Source of the DNA: Chrysomallon squamiferum
Taxonomy: Eukaryota; Animalia; Mollusca
Assembly: GCA_012295275.1 (NCBI GenBank)
Contig: CM022673.1
Location: forward strand, 17,918,001-17,982,000
Direction of reading: 5' to 3'
DNA length: 64,000 nucleotides
Position numbers and translations under genes: made by a program. Below the pieces are notes generated by a model. That model was not told the origin of the DNA. It did no database searches and saw only the letters and a list, made by a program, of their open reading frames with translations. Positions 13,612-45,080 of the stretch are shown piece after piece (within the stretch, counting starts at the first letter, position 1; every line of letters starts with the position of its first letter).

Positions 13612-14995
13612 CTGAAAAAGGACAAGCAAAAAATAATTTAAATTCTTTATTTTGAACTAGATATATTTTTTTTAACCTTATATTCAAACTTCATTTTTAT
13701 TTCAGAAATTATTAATGAATAGTGTTTTATAAACATAAAAATAATGTTAATTTCAAACTAAACTATATTAATAGAATTTGACAGGGAAAACTGGAGATTA
13801 ATTATATTCCATCAGTACACATATATTTTTAAAATTTTATTTAATAGTAAAAAATGAGCCTTAAGTTTTCTTCTCCATATCTCTACTTACATAATCTGTG
13901 AATACATGTTCCATCATGTTACCATTTAGTCATTATTCTTCCTATATGAAATATTTTACTGATGAATATTTTGTGGAATTAAGTAGATATATTATATTTG
14001 TATTTTTTTTTGCAGTGAGAAAAAGAACAGTCTGTTATCTTTGTTTTTGTTATTTGCAGTGAGAGAAAGAACAGTCTGTTATCTTTGTTTTTGTTATTTG
14101 CAGTGAAAGAACAGTCTGTGATCTTTGTTTTTGTTACTTGCAGTGAGAAAAAGAACAGTCTGTTATCTTTTTGTTATTTGCAGTGAGAGAAAGAACAGTC
14201 TATTATCTTTGTTTTTGTTATTTGCAGTGAGAGAAAGAACAGTCTCTGATCTTTGTTTTTGTTATTTGCAGTAAAAGAACAGTCTGTGATGTTTGTTTTT
14301 GTTATTTGCAGTGAGAGAAAGAACAGTCTGTCATCTTTGTTTTTGTTGTTTCAAGTGAGAGAAAGAACAGTCTGTTATCTTTGTTTTTGTTATTTGCAGT
14401 GAGAGAAAGAACAGTCTGTTATCTTTGTTTTTTTTATTTGCAGTGAAAGAAAGAACAGTCTGTTATCTTTGTTTTTGTTATTTGCAGTGAGAGAAAGAAC
14501 AGTCTGTCATCTTTGTTTTTGTTATTTGCAGTGAAGGAAAGAACAGTCTGTTATCTTTGTTTTTGTTATTTGCAGTGAAGGAAAGAACAGTCTGTCATCT
14601 TTGTTTTTGTTATTTGCAGTGAAGGAAAGAACAAGAAAGAAAGAACAGTCTGTCATCTTTGTTTTTGTTATTTGCAGTGAAGGAAAGAACAGTCTGTTAT
14701 CTTTGTTTTTGTTATTTGCAGTGAAGGAAAGAACAGTCTGTTATCTTTTTTTTTTGTTATTTGCAGTGAAGGAAAGAAAGAAGTGAAAGAAAGAACAGTC
14801 TGATCTTTTTGTTATTTGCAGTGAAAGAAAGAACAGTCTGTTATCTTTTTTTTGCAGTGAAAGAAAGAACAGTCTGTTATCTTTGTTTTTGTTATTTGCA
14901 GTGAAAGAAAGAACAGTTTACGTAAAAGTTCATCTCATTCTTCAAACCAGTCATCAGACCAAGCTGATCCAGATGATTTGTTTGATCATCTTTAG
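9004..14995 (+). CDS. XRCC4: DNA repair protein XRCC4, 11 coding exons: 9004-9142, 9512-9702, 10344-10508, 10801-10857, 11032-11086, 11382-11426, 12004-12073, 12365-12398, 12747-12841, 13476-13562, 14902-14995
   Basis: Spliced ORF of 1032 nt (343 aa). Head domain (LTDGEHVWSG...YVKETVKAL...FQLGSIVL), coiled coil and ligase IV-binding segment (NERL...[34 protein letters not shown]), basic NLS-like RPPRRGTGRKK, and C-terminal DPDDLFDHL* resembling vertebrate PEDLFDEI. All junctions are GT-AG and phase-compatible; the small low-complexity tail exons are less certain. Confidence 0.93.
9153..9278. repeat. Tandem repeat, 3 copies of a 40-bp unit just downstream of an XRCC4 donor site
   Basis: tttaatattatgtgaaa(t/c)agatacagtacaaataaaat(t/g)c x3. 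Confidence 0.85.
14005..14917 (+). repeat. Minisatellite of ~21 copies (mostly 40-44 bp) of the XRCC4 terminal-exon 3' splice site plus the first ~16 nt of the exon
   Basis: Unit tgaaagaaagaacagtctgttatctttgtttttgttatttgcag; the last copy runs into the true exon at 14902. Confidence 0.95.
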
Positions 14996-17900
14996 ATATC
15001 ACTCTTCATTCATGAATTTTTGAGGATTTGACATCAATGTTTATCTCTTCTTTACATACATTATTTTTACTTTTTGCAAATGCTATTACTGAATTTTGCT
15101 CATATTGATGACTAATGTATAAGCAGTCAGAAAACCTCTGCTGTAAACATCCACCTCATCAAAATATTTTGTATGTCTTTTTATGTAGCAAATTTTGCAG
15201 AAAGCAAAAATGAAATCATTGCCTATTAGAAAATCAACAACAACATCATATTTGAAACATGCAAATAAAACTGACAGAAAACAGCCAAAAATGACAAAGT
15301 TTTTTTCCAGTATTTATCAGTTGCAAAATTCACAATTTATAGTCAGAAAATCCAACAGTTGTATGAAATCATTGAGAAGTTGAAGTAGATGTTTATTCAG
15401 GACTCTGTTTTAAAACAATGTCAGTTCAGTTTAATCACCCTAGCAACCTCTGATAATGTTTAGTTTTAGTTAAATTTGTTTAAAATTGTGAATAGATTTC
15501 TATGTCATTTGTATAAGGAAGGAAAACAAATTTATTTAAAAAAATGTATAAAATATTTTTGTTTGAGTGTATTTACTCTTCACTGAGAATGTATCTATAA
15601 ACCATTACATTTCACTAAATTAATTCCTCTTTTAACAAATATAAACATCTATATTCAAGTATGTACACAAATATAAATTTATATAAAAAGTATGCACTTC
15701 ATAAATAACTGATTGATAGTTATCTATATTTTGATTTTGTTTATAATTTATGAAATGTATGAAACCAGGATTTATGAAACTGATGTTAATTCTGAATATT
15801 TATATTTTTAATAATACATTTAACTATTTTATTATGTGTAGTGAAAAATTTTCTTAAATAAAATATTTTTGTTTGTAAGATTTTTAAAACAGTAACAAAG
15901 ATTGTACATTTTTACATTTGTTTATATTTATAAAAATATAAAAAACCTATTAAGAAAATTTTTAATGATATGTACAATGAAATAAATTTTTGTGATTTGA
16001 TGTAGTAAAATATTATACATTATTTTTGTCTTATACAAACTCACCATGCTCGTGTTTTTTATTTCTTTTTATCAACAATAAATATTTACATCTTGTATAT
16101 CAATCTTCATGATATCAAATTTTACCTTTGTTAATTTTTTTTACTTTAAAAAAAAAGAAATAACTTCAAAAAACATTTATTATGAATATTATTATTTCAG
16201 TATTTTTTTAAATAAACTTATTTTCACAATTTGTTTATTTAAACACAAATTAAAAAAATTATATATCATTTTGATATGTAAGTATAGATTGTTCATAAAT
16301 GAAATGAAATTTACCATAAAATTTAAATATTTATTTTAAGTTTATTAAAATGAAATTGAAAACAGAAACAAATATAACAAAAAAATAATTTAAAAAACCA
16401 TCTTACTAACTAAATCTTTATAGTTTGCTTTATTAATAAATAATTGTACATTTTTTTTCAAACCCATATTAAATTTTTGTATATAAATTATGTTGACTGT
16501 ATTATGTTTGCATATTTTTATTGATATTTTACACTTGTATCCATACACATGTACATAAAGAAACACACACACACACACACACAATTTGCACACTCATTGA
16601 TATCTATATTTGCAAAAAATTGTATTAGAATTTGTTTTTACATTTTGTTAATGAAATATGTACATGTATAAAAATTGTATATAAAGTAATTATTATTAAA
16701 CTTTCCATTCATCAGCACTTAATATTTATACCTTTTTTATTAATGATTTGTTAACACATGTATAAATAGGTAATTAATTTTCTGATAAACAAATTTGTAT
16801 ATAGATAAATATGTTAGAAATTAAATGTTAAGGAATTCAGATTTTTAAAAATTATTATTTGTTTAATTTATACTTATTAACTGACTTTTTTAAAATGAAA
16901 TTATATGATGATAAAAATTATTAATAAACATAAAATATAGAATAAAGTTTGTTTTTCTTTCAGTATGCAAATACAAACATACGTAAAAACATAAATACAT
17001 TTGTGATCTTACATGTGTGTATTCGCATGCATGCATATATGAATGTGTGTGTAAATATAATTATAGATGGATTATGCATGTTTTTTCTGTGTGCATGCAT
17101 GTAAATATGTGTTTGTGTGCATTTATTTCCTTAATACATAAAAGAAAACAAAAACAAATACTTATTATTTTGTTTAATACAAAATAAATGTTTATTTTCC
17201 AAACATTAAGGTGGTTATGTTCATCATTAAAAAAGAAATAAAAAATAATAATAATAATAAATAAATAATTCACAGCTTCACTGACTTGGTAATAAACAAC
17301 AGAATTAATTCTCCAACAAAGATTTTTAATTGAAATAAACTAATAAATAATAATATTATTATTTTTATTATTATTAACTGAAATAATAAAAAGTGCTTAA
17401 ATAAATAAATAAATAAATAAATAAAGTAAAACAAAATGATCTTTATTAATAAATATAAATCAATAAAAAAAAAATAAACAAAACAAAACAAAAAACCCCA
17501 AATACCACCAACAACTTAGTTTTAATGTGAAAAAAAAATTATAATGTATAAACGAAATAAATAAAAAGAATTAAATTATAATGCCATAAAAATTTGAATT
17601 CGTAGGAATTCTTTTACCTGAAATTAAGTATAAGATTATTTGCCAGTGATAACAGAGACTTTGTAAAGTCTAGGAAACCTAAGGTTGTTTGATGAAAAGT
17701 GAAAAAAGGGTTTTTTAGATGAACAATAGTTCTGAAGATATTTCAAAATAAAAATTGCATTCAGGATATTTTATTAAAATTTTATTTAATTTTATAATAT
17801 TTCTTTCATTTCCTTTTATTTACTTCATTTGATTTTATTTTATTATTTAATTTAATTTAATTAAATTTATTTTGATATTTATTATTTTATTTTAGTTACT

Positions 17901-18362
17901 TTTTTTTTTGTCACAAATGCATAGATAATTTTTGTTACTACAATTTTTATAATATTAAATATTTCTTGAATATTTTCTATACCAATAATCATTAATTTAT
18001 ATTTATCCTACAGTTTTTCAGTTGTTCTATAAACTGAAAGTTATTGCTATTATTTATTGCTATTTATCTTACGAATGAGACAGATTAATTCTAGGAATGT
18101 GCCTCCAACCAATTATAAACTGAACTAAAAAATTTCAAAATGTCAGAATGATTTCAGAAAATGGATAATTGGTCAGTAATAAATAAATTATAATTTTAAT
18201 ATAATTTAATTAATGTATTGAACATCACTGGATGTTACAATAAGTTAAATTAGTATAAAATACAGGTATTATCTACTGTGTAATATAGAGTTTTATTTCA
18301 CTGCAATAAATAATTTAAAAACTAATTTTATGGGAAGACTGTCTACTGTGAAACAAGTACAG

Positions 18363-18424
<62 letters not shown>

Positions 18425-19503
18425 GTTTATATATGTACGTATGGTTAATGAAATGATGGACAGATGACTGGATGGATGGATGACAGGTTTCAGTGTTTCA
18501 CAACAAATAAATCTATTTAACACTAACATGACAAAACTTAGTAAAAGACACAAATGTATGCTGCAGATATTGAAAAAACAGAGATATATGTCTGTCTGTC
18601 TGTCTTTCAAAACAATACCAATTCCTTTACTCTGATTATCACAGTCTTATGTGACCACTCCCAAGAAAAGGTTCATTATTATTATTATTATTATTATTAT
18701 CATTATTATCATCATCATTATCATCATCATCATCATTATCAACATCTTTTTTTTTTTCATTTAGTTTATTTTAGTTATTACTGTCTTTTTGTTTATTCTG
18801 AAAATGAAAAGTAAGTTTTTCAAGTTTCGTTGTTCACTTATCACAAACACTGAAAATGTATTGTTTTAAATATTTGCCATTTTGATAGACTCTTAAAGAA
18901 TTTTTTTTTATTAATATTTAGCAAAATTCTGAAGAATTTATTTTTAATAGGCTATCATGTGGACAAAGTGTTAAAAAGAAACTGAAACTGAAAATGACTC
19001 AGAACGGTAATGATGTAATGAAAATGAGTAATTTAATTAGGGACTGGTCAAACATTAATATCCTTCCTCTTCATATCACAGTCTTAAACAACAAAACAAA
19101 TATTTAAAAATAAAAATCTCATTTTTTTTTTAAATGAAAAATATTGAAACAAAAATATGAACATTCATCCTTTTTGTAAAATGATGAATTTAGTAATTTT
19201 AAAGATAAAAAAACTTTTAAACATAAAATTAAAATGATGTATGTTAAAAACAATTTATCAAAAAAAAACAAGAAGGAAAAAAAAAACTTTAAAAATTTAA
19301 TCTAATGTGATTAAAATCAATAGTTTATAACAAAAAAATTTAAACATTTGTAACAAAACCCTGAATTTTATAAACTAAATTTTAAATAGTTTTTAACAAA
19401 AAATAATTATCAAAATAATAAATTATTAAGAATAAAACATTAAACATTTTCTTGATCCTCTGTTACTATTTCGTGTGGTATGTACTGCACTGCTGTATGT
19501 AAA

Positions 19504-37324
<17,821 letters not shown>

Positions 37325-37753
37325 CCTCCCCCGGCAGTGGACTGGCTTCCTTAGGTGTTCCTCACACTGCAACAACAACAACAACAACAGTAGTAATAGC
37401 TATAATAATATCAACAACAATAATAATAATATTCAGTAATAATAACAATAAAATCAGTAATAATAATAATAATGAGTAATAATTATAATAATAATAACAA
37501 AAATAACTAATAATAGCAATACTAATAATATCAATATTAATAATAATAATAACAATAACATTAATAATAACAGCAATACTAATAACAATAACAAAATAAT
37601 AGTAATAATAATAAAAAATGATAATGATAATAATATTAGTATAACAATATAATATTTGCTGTTATTCATAGTAAACAGTAATAATAACAGCACTACTACT
37701 GATAAAAATAACAACTTAAACAACATTAACAACAACAACAACACCAATGACAC

Positions 37754-37829
<76 letters not shown>

Positions 37830-39947
37830 TAATAATAAGACTAAGAAGAAGAGGAAGGAGGACTTAAACTAAGTAAGCCAGACTAATACAACATTGAGAT
37901 GACTCCAATGTCACAGTAAATTATCAAGTTTAACATTTTACCATGTTACTCAACATTCAACTAACAATCCTTTCAGTGAACACACTTCATTAATATCTCA
38001 ATTTTAACAGGTAAACTTAATGATTTATCTGGCATTTTCACATCACAACTTCTTAACAGTCTCAACATTACAATACTTTAATAGTTGAGAATATTTGTAA
38101 ACACTGATTTTTTTATAATAATTTTCTGATATGAAGAACTTTCTCTGATTACTGACATTTTTTTGTCAGAGTATTACATCATACATCATATTTCTTCTTT
38201 TTTCTGCAGTAGTCATTTTCCAAGTTAAAACATCATTAAAACCATGTAAAATCTCAGTTTAAATATTTAATTTACATGATTTATGATTAACAAACAGGTA
38301 TTAAAGTAACTCTCGTATTTCATACAGTCAAATGTACTTTTTATCACTTCACAAATATCAATTAATTAATTTAAACTGTTAAGATTTAAACTGTGGTTCA
38401 AGTAGATGATATTCAGGTGTTACACTGGACTGGAGGAAATGTAATCTAAAGTTCAGCAGTACTAAACATGTGACAACTAGACCTGTCACTACAGAACCGG
38501 TGAAAGCTGTGACATGTAAGTCACTGAGGGGTAAAGTTTGCTAATAATCCAGTCACAACCCATCAACCCTCTTTAAAATCATGAAAAATACTGTAAAGAA
38601 TAAAAATACTTAAATAATATAGAAATACTTTAAACAATATAAAAATATCCTAAATATAAAATTACTTTAACATAAAAGTACTTTGAAATAAATATCAGAT
38701 TTCTGTAAAGTAATTTTATCTACAGCATATGGTACTTATTAAAAATCTGTCAAGGATCTCAACTGCAATGATAACTCATAATAAAAGTTTACTGCAGAAA
38801 TAAAATGTTTTTCAAACAAAGTCTGACATCCCCAAGTAATAACAGAAGCAACACCTACTATGAGATGTTCATTAAAGAACAAGAATCACAAGTATTCACC
38901 ATTTTAAAAATAATTGCACTGTTATTAAATCTTACTGATATAAATTATTTGAGATTTTGATTTAACATTCTGCATAATGCTATTACCTTATTTACCCCAG
39001 AACCAGACACTTCTGTGTGTTATTATCTGTGTGCAATTACAACACATATAAATGTTCTTTGTTGTTAAGAGTTTTAAAAATAGTTTAAATAATCTCTGTT
39101 ATTGTTATCTCACAACTCACTGATGCTGAAACTTGAAATTGTTTCAATCTTAAAATGAATCCCAACTTGTTATAGACCATTACTCCTTTTTTGTAGTAGT
39201 AGTTGTAGTAGTACAATAGTAACAGTAGTTGTAGTAGAATTTGTAATAACAGTAATAGTAATAATAGAAGTAGTAGTAGTTGTAGTAGGAATAGCAATAG
39301 TAGTAGTAATAGTATTTGTTGTTGTTGTTGTTGTAGTGGTATTAATAACAGTTTGCCTACAGAATCAACAGACTACTTATGCTGTTAATTAACAACAAAT
39401 ATATTAAACCAGTTTACAATTTAAAAAATATATTTTCAACTTACTAACAACTTGTTGTAAAATCATTGTTTACATCCTTTTGAATTAAACTGAGAATTAA
39501 CATTCAACCCCCATCATAATAATAATAAAAACATTTTAAACCAGTTTACAGATAAAAAAAAACATTATAAATTTTACCTTAAATTTAATTTAATTCATTA
39601 TAGAATCACCTGTTTTGAATTGAACCTAAAAACACCTGTCAAGTGCTTGTTGCAAAAAAACAAAACAAAAATAAGAAACAACTAATACAAATACTTCAAA
39701 TCCTCCCAGAAATAAAAAAATCTGAACATTTACCTCCATGTTGAAACTGTTGAAAAAAACATCTCCACACAACACTGAACACAGTTCAAGTCTGTGTTGT
39801 TAAACTTCACAGATTCCTACAGAGAGACTCCATGGTCAGATCCAGGGTTTGGAAAAGAGTGAAACCAGGTTTGTTGTGTTTACAACATTCAAGATGATAC
39901 AATAATAATAATAATGTCAATGACAATAATAAATAATAATAATAGCA

Positions 39948-40015
<68 letters not shown>

Positions 40016-40584
40016 CAATAAAAACAACAACAATAACAAAAATAAAGATTATTTTAAAAAGTACAAAGACACCCAATAATCCCAATCCTGCACCAAACCA
40101 GTTTGAAAAATCTACTGGAATTCACAGAAAACACAAGAACTTGTTTTTTTTTAAATGTTTCTTTTCTTCCTACTTATATTTGTAAACAAGAATTTTTATG
40201 AGAGACAAAACTAACATGTGGTTTCCAACTCACCTGAATACCTGGTAACACTAATTGGATAATGTTGAGACTAAAATTAGGAGGTGTGTTTTAGGAGAAC
40301 ATTATGTAATTACAGTTTACAATGTATGTGTGTGAGCAGCCATTTTTCTCAATACAGACTCAGAGAAAACAGAAAACCTGGTATGTACTTGTATAACAGC
40401 TCAAAACACTGGACTAAGTGGAAACAAATAATTCTTTTAAATAATAATGTTGTAGTTGTATTATGAAAAGTATAGATTATTATATGATAATATCAATACA
40501 TATACATCAATACATACACATATATATGTATGTGTGTATATACACACATACATATACATACATATATGAATATATGTGTATATA

Positions 40585-40616
<32 letters not shown>

Positions 40617-40831
40617 AACACACACATCTATATACATACAAACATGTACACATACTCATAATTTATAATTATGCTAATACATAATGGTAATAATAACAGC
40701 AACAGAAAAAACAATAAAAGTAAAAATTAATAAATACATGAATTAATTAAATTAAAAAATGTAATAAAAATTAATGTAATATGATGATTGTATATGTTAC
40801 TTCATTTCAGTTCAATAGTTAATACAAAAAC

Positions 40832-40854
<23 letters not shown>

Positions 40855-40862
<8 letters not shown>

Positions 40863-40935
40863 AAACCTCAAATCAAACTGTAGTGAAAAACCAAACATTT
40901 AAAAAACCCTGTTAGAGTGTATAAAAAAGAAGACA

Positions 40936-40966
<31 letters not shown>

Positions 40967-41047
40967 ATCAGAACTGAAGTTTGTATCCTGCAGAATCTGT
41001 CAGTGTTCACTGATAACTGGTTGTAGCAGTAAACATGATCAATATTT
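40855..41047 (-). repeat. Dispersed ~200-bp repeat, copy B (inverted relative to 27013-27215)
   Basis: Reverse complement aligns by eye with copy A, with a variable poly(A/T) tract in the middle. Confidence 0.85.
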
Positions 41048-44000
41048 GTTTAACTTGATGTAAACAAATATTCAGTCAGGCTGAGTCCTTTCTTACATTG
41101 TTAAAATATGTGTTTAATGTGCCTCCCCCACCTTCACACATGGTTACAATTAAGTTTTATATTAAATGATAAACAGAAGTGTGTCATTGTGCAAAGTTGT
41201 CTCGGTTTTACTTGTTATTTTAGAAACACACATCATATTACAAGCTGGTGGCATGAAACACGTGCATTGACCAACAGGCAAGAATAACTAATAAGAATAA
41301 ATGTATAATACCCTAAATATATTCAATAGGTTCCAGGATCAGTTCTAGTTAGTGTGGTGTTTCTCTTTTTTCCCATTCCAAGTAGACTCAGTGAGTACTT
41401 CCCTGAGTTAATTAGTGAGATGAGACAACACTGTCATACTGTACAATTACAGTTAACATTTCTAGGTAAAAGTATGAACCAGAATCATAACAGAAACTAC
41501 ACAATTATTTAAATATTTAGAAAAATTACACATCACAAACTTTTTACTCATTCACTTTTATTTATATCAGGTCAGGATGAAGATTTGATCCAACAACCTC
41601 ACATTCTAAAGATTGACAATTTAGAGGTAGACAGAAGATCAGTTGTGCTAAAATTGTGAACAGGTAAACATGATAACCTGACCCATGTCACAGGTCACTA
41701 ATTAATAATTAATAATCATCTGATCTCAGGTAACCTTAACCATGAACTAAATTTTTTTTTATCATATTGTATTCTAAACATATTGTAAACATCCATTGAT
41801 GAACTTAAACAAGAAACAAACAATAAATATACATATAGGTTGCATTCATGTATATGTGTGTGTCTATGTATGTCTGTGTGTATGTGTGTGTGAGTGTCTA
41901 TGTATGTATATGTATATGTATATGTATGTACGTATGTATGTCTGTATATATGTATGTGTTTATATATGTCTCTGTGTATTGTGTGTGTGCCTGTATATGT
42001 ATGTGTGTGTGTCTATGTATGTATGTATGCATGTATGTATGTATGTATGTATATGCATGTATGTATGTATGTATGTATGTATGTATTAGTAAGAAAACTA
42101 AATGTGTGTATAGTAAAAAAAATAAGTAAAGCATCTAATCTTTCCTTCCTACACATGTGCCACCAAATTCTGCATTAATCAAATAATTCAGTTAAAATAT
42201 TTGAAAAATAAACACACAAAACAAAACATGCAGACAGACATAAACGTACACACATACATACATAGTCATATATCAATACATATATGTATAATTTAAACAT
42301 ATATTTAAATGAACATTGTATAATACACACAGACAAACATACACACACATACACACACACATACACATACACACACACATACCACACACATGTACAAATA
42401 CTATATTATCTATTAGACAAACAAACCCACACAGAGACTTTTATTTGCTTACAAACTTTCTTATTCTTATTTACTTATTGATTGAAAGTAAGACCAGAGT
42501 AAAACAAACTCTTGTACTTTACAGATGTACTTTAACCATTACCAGTTGATTTCATAGATATTCTCTTCTTGTGAGTCAGGTAAAAATCAGGTGATGTTGC
42601 CATTAATCACACAGGTAAACAATCATTTATCTTTGTCTTCATCTTGTTGTGTTCATATTTTGTCTCAGTCCATCAACTTGTCTGAGATAAATTACTGGTT
42701 TTAGTGGTTTTTATTTAGATATGTTTGATTTATACCCAGACAGACAGACAGAAATATAATGCTAAGATGTTCTGTTGATTATTGAAATACATTAAAATAC
42801 AGCTATGCATATCATGCATATAAAAACATAACTATAAACCCAAACACACACACACACTCAAAAACACACACACATACAGACACAAACATATACACACTCA
42901 AACACATCTAAATACACAAATGTACACACATAAACACACACACTAACACTCACATACATACATAAACTTATAAACAGACATACAATAATGAATTGTTGGA
43001 AAATCAGAAAGTTAATATACTAGGAAACAAAATAAAAATATGTTAAGATAAGTTAGAAAATAATAATAATATATAATAACAGTAAAATGGGTAATGATAA
43101 CAACTAAATGATAATAATTTCTGAAATATTAATATTATACACAAAAATAGCAAGAAAACAGTTGCATCATGAGAAAAAACTTTGACCATCATCAAAGCAA
43201 GAACAACAATAACAATAATAACAATATCAATAAAAGAGATAATTAATGTTACCTGTAATTTCAGTTATCAGGTAAAACTGTAAACAACATTTGCATTCAG
43301 TTTTTTCAGTTACATGTGTACATAACTTTATCTGTACCTCATTATGTAAATCAGCATTAAAAAAACAGGTAACAAGCAGGTATCTACAGGTAACTACTGA
43401 TCAGGTAAATGAGTTTACATATCTCAGGTGTTCAGAGGATTAACAGAATCCATTTGTCACCTGTGTAAAATATGACAGCTTGTTACCTATGTACATGTTA
43501 TTAAAGTGTTTATCATGTTAAATATCTTTTCAAACTGCGAACCTGTTTGTATCAGGTTTCTTGTTTTACTTCAGTGATGTTAGTATGGGACACATTTCAC
43601 AGTATTTCAGTATTCTGCTGTGATCAATAATGGGTGTAACCAATCAGCAGATCAATGAATGAATGTTTGTTTGTTTAATGGCATCTAAAAATATTTTTAA
43701 ATTACCCATTACAACGTGTAAATCATATATGCTTTCATAGTAGCAGTATTGTACAGAAATCTTGTTTGAATTTCTAAGAAAAACCATGGATCTCTCAAGA
43801 TTTGTAAAAGTTTACAGTATTGAAAAACATCTCAAGGCAGATTTTAGATTTGCCTCAGGATGTCTCTGGATGTTTTAGCATAACCAAGAATTTCAAATGA
43901 AATACAGGATTTCCAAGGATTTATGAAATTTTAAATTCTAAAATTTAAAAATATATCCTGCTTAAGGATGTACTTCAGTTTCTGTACCTAAGTGGCAGGT

Positions 44001-45015
44001 TACAGAATTTATGAAGATCAGATCTATTAGGACTTCTGTAATTTCAGAGCATTCTTAGAACATATTTTTTATATAGAAATTCTAACTATCCTTAGATCCT
44101 GTTAGGACTTTAAAAGGATTTCCAGAACATATTTCAATTTTCTTCCATTTTTAAGGATCTTTAAATTTTCTAGGACTTCCTGGATTTCTAAGAATATACT
44201 TTTTCCCCGATATATCCTAGAATCTTACTTATCTCCCAATAAAATCTAGGATTTATTATGATCAGTCAACATTCTCCAGCACTAGACTTTGTGTGAGAGA
44301 AGTGACAGATTTGGCAGTGACCCTCATTCTGTAATTAAACTGACAGTTTCACACACACTGATCTCTGCTAACTTCTCAACACTGTAATGGCTACTTCTAA
44401 CTTCATCTTAATCTTGTCAGCTGACACTGGAATCACTTTAACCAGTAATAAATATAATAGGCTGGCGTGAATCACAGCAATCTGCACTGTACTTACCACT
44501 TGCTGGCTCAAGATGTAAGTTAACAAGATAAACTGGCTTGCTTTGAATGCACGGCAGAGGACTTAAAGGCTGGGTGACATGCAATGCGGCCATACGTGAT
44601 GGAAGCGTTTCTGAAACGGAGCTAGTGTCTGTGTTCAGAAAATGAAACTTTTGCATGTTTATTGTTTTTTTATGACAGGATAATTCGGAGTTAGTGATGT
44701 AAAGCAGTTAGTTGAAAATAAACCTGTTTAGACTGATGCAAGCCCGTCATAAAAGTGGGAGAATGAATTTTACACGATATTGCTACACGGCAAATAAAGC
44801 TGCTAATTTTAGAAATAAGTTGCTGATTGTTGATATTGATGATGATGATGATGATGATGATGAAAATGCAGTAGTGGTAGTAAAATTAGCAACTGTAATA
44901 ATAGTAATAGTTGTAGCAATAATGATTTCACATAATAAAAATTGTTTCCCACAGGCTTCATTAAAAAAATAATAATAATAATAAAAATATATAAATAAAT
45001 AAATAAAATAAAGTG

Positions 45016-45080
<65 letters not shown>

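Noticed and set aside
14005-14917. CRISPR-like appearance of this and other regular arrays (28477-28860, 32568-33895, 53625-54062)
   Set aside because: No unique spacers and no cas genes; eukaryotic intronic context; the units are head-to-tail minisatellites.
43760-44260. Repeated TTCTAAGAA/TTCCAGAA/CTAGGA words resembling heat-shock elements
   Set aside because: Degenerate low-complexity repeat; no clean triple nGAAn array identified and no nearby known TSS.
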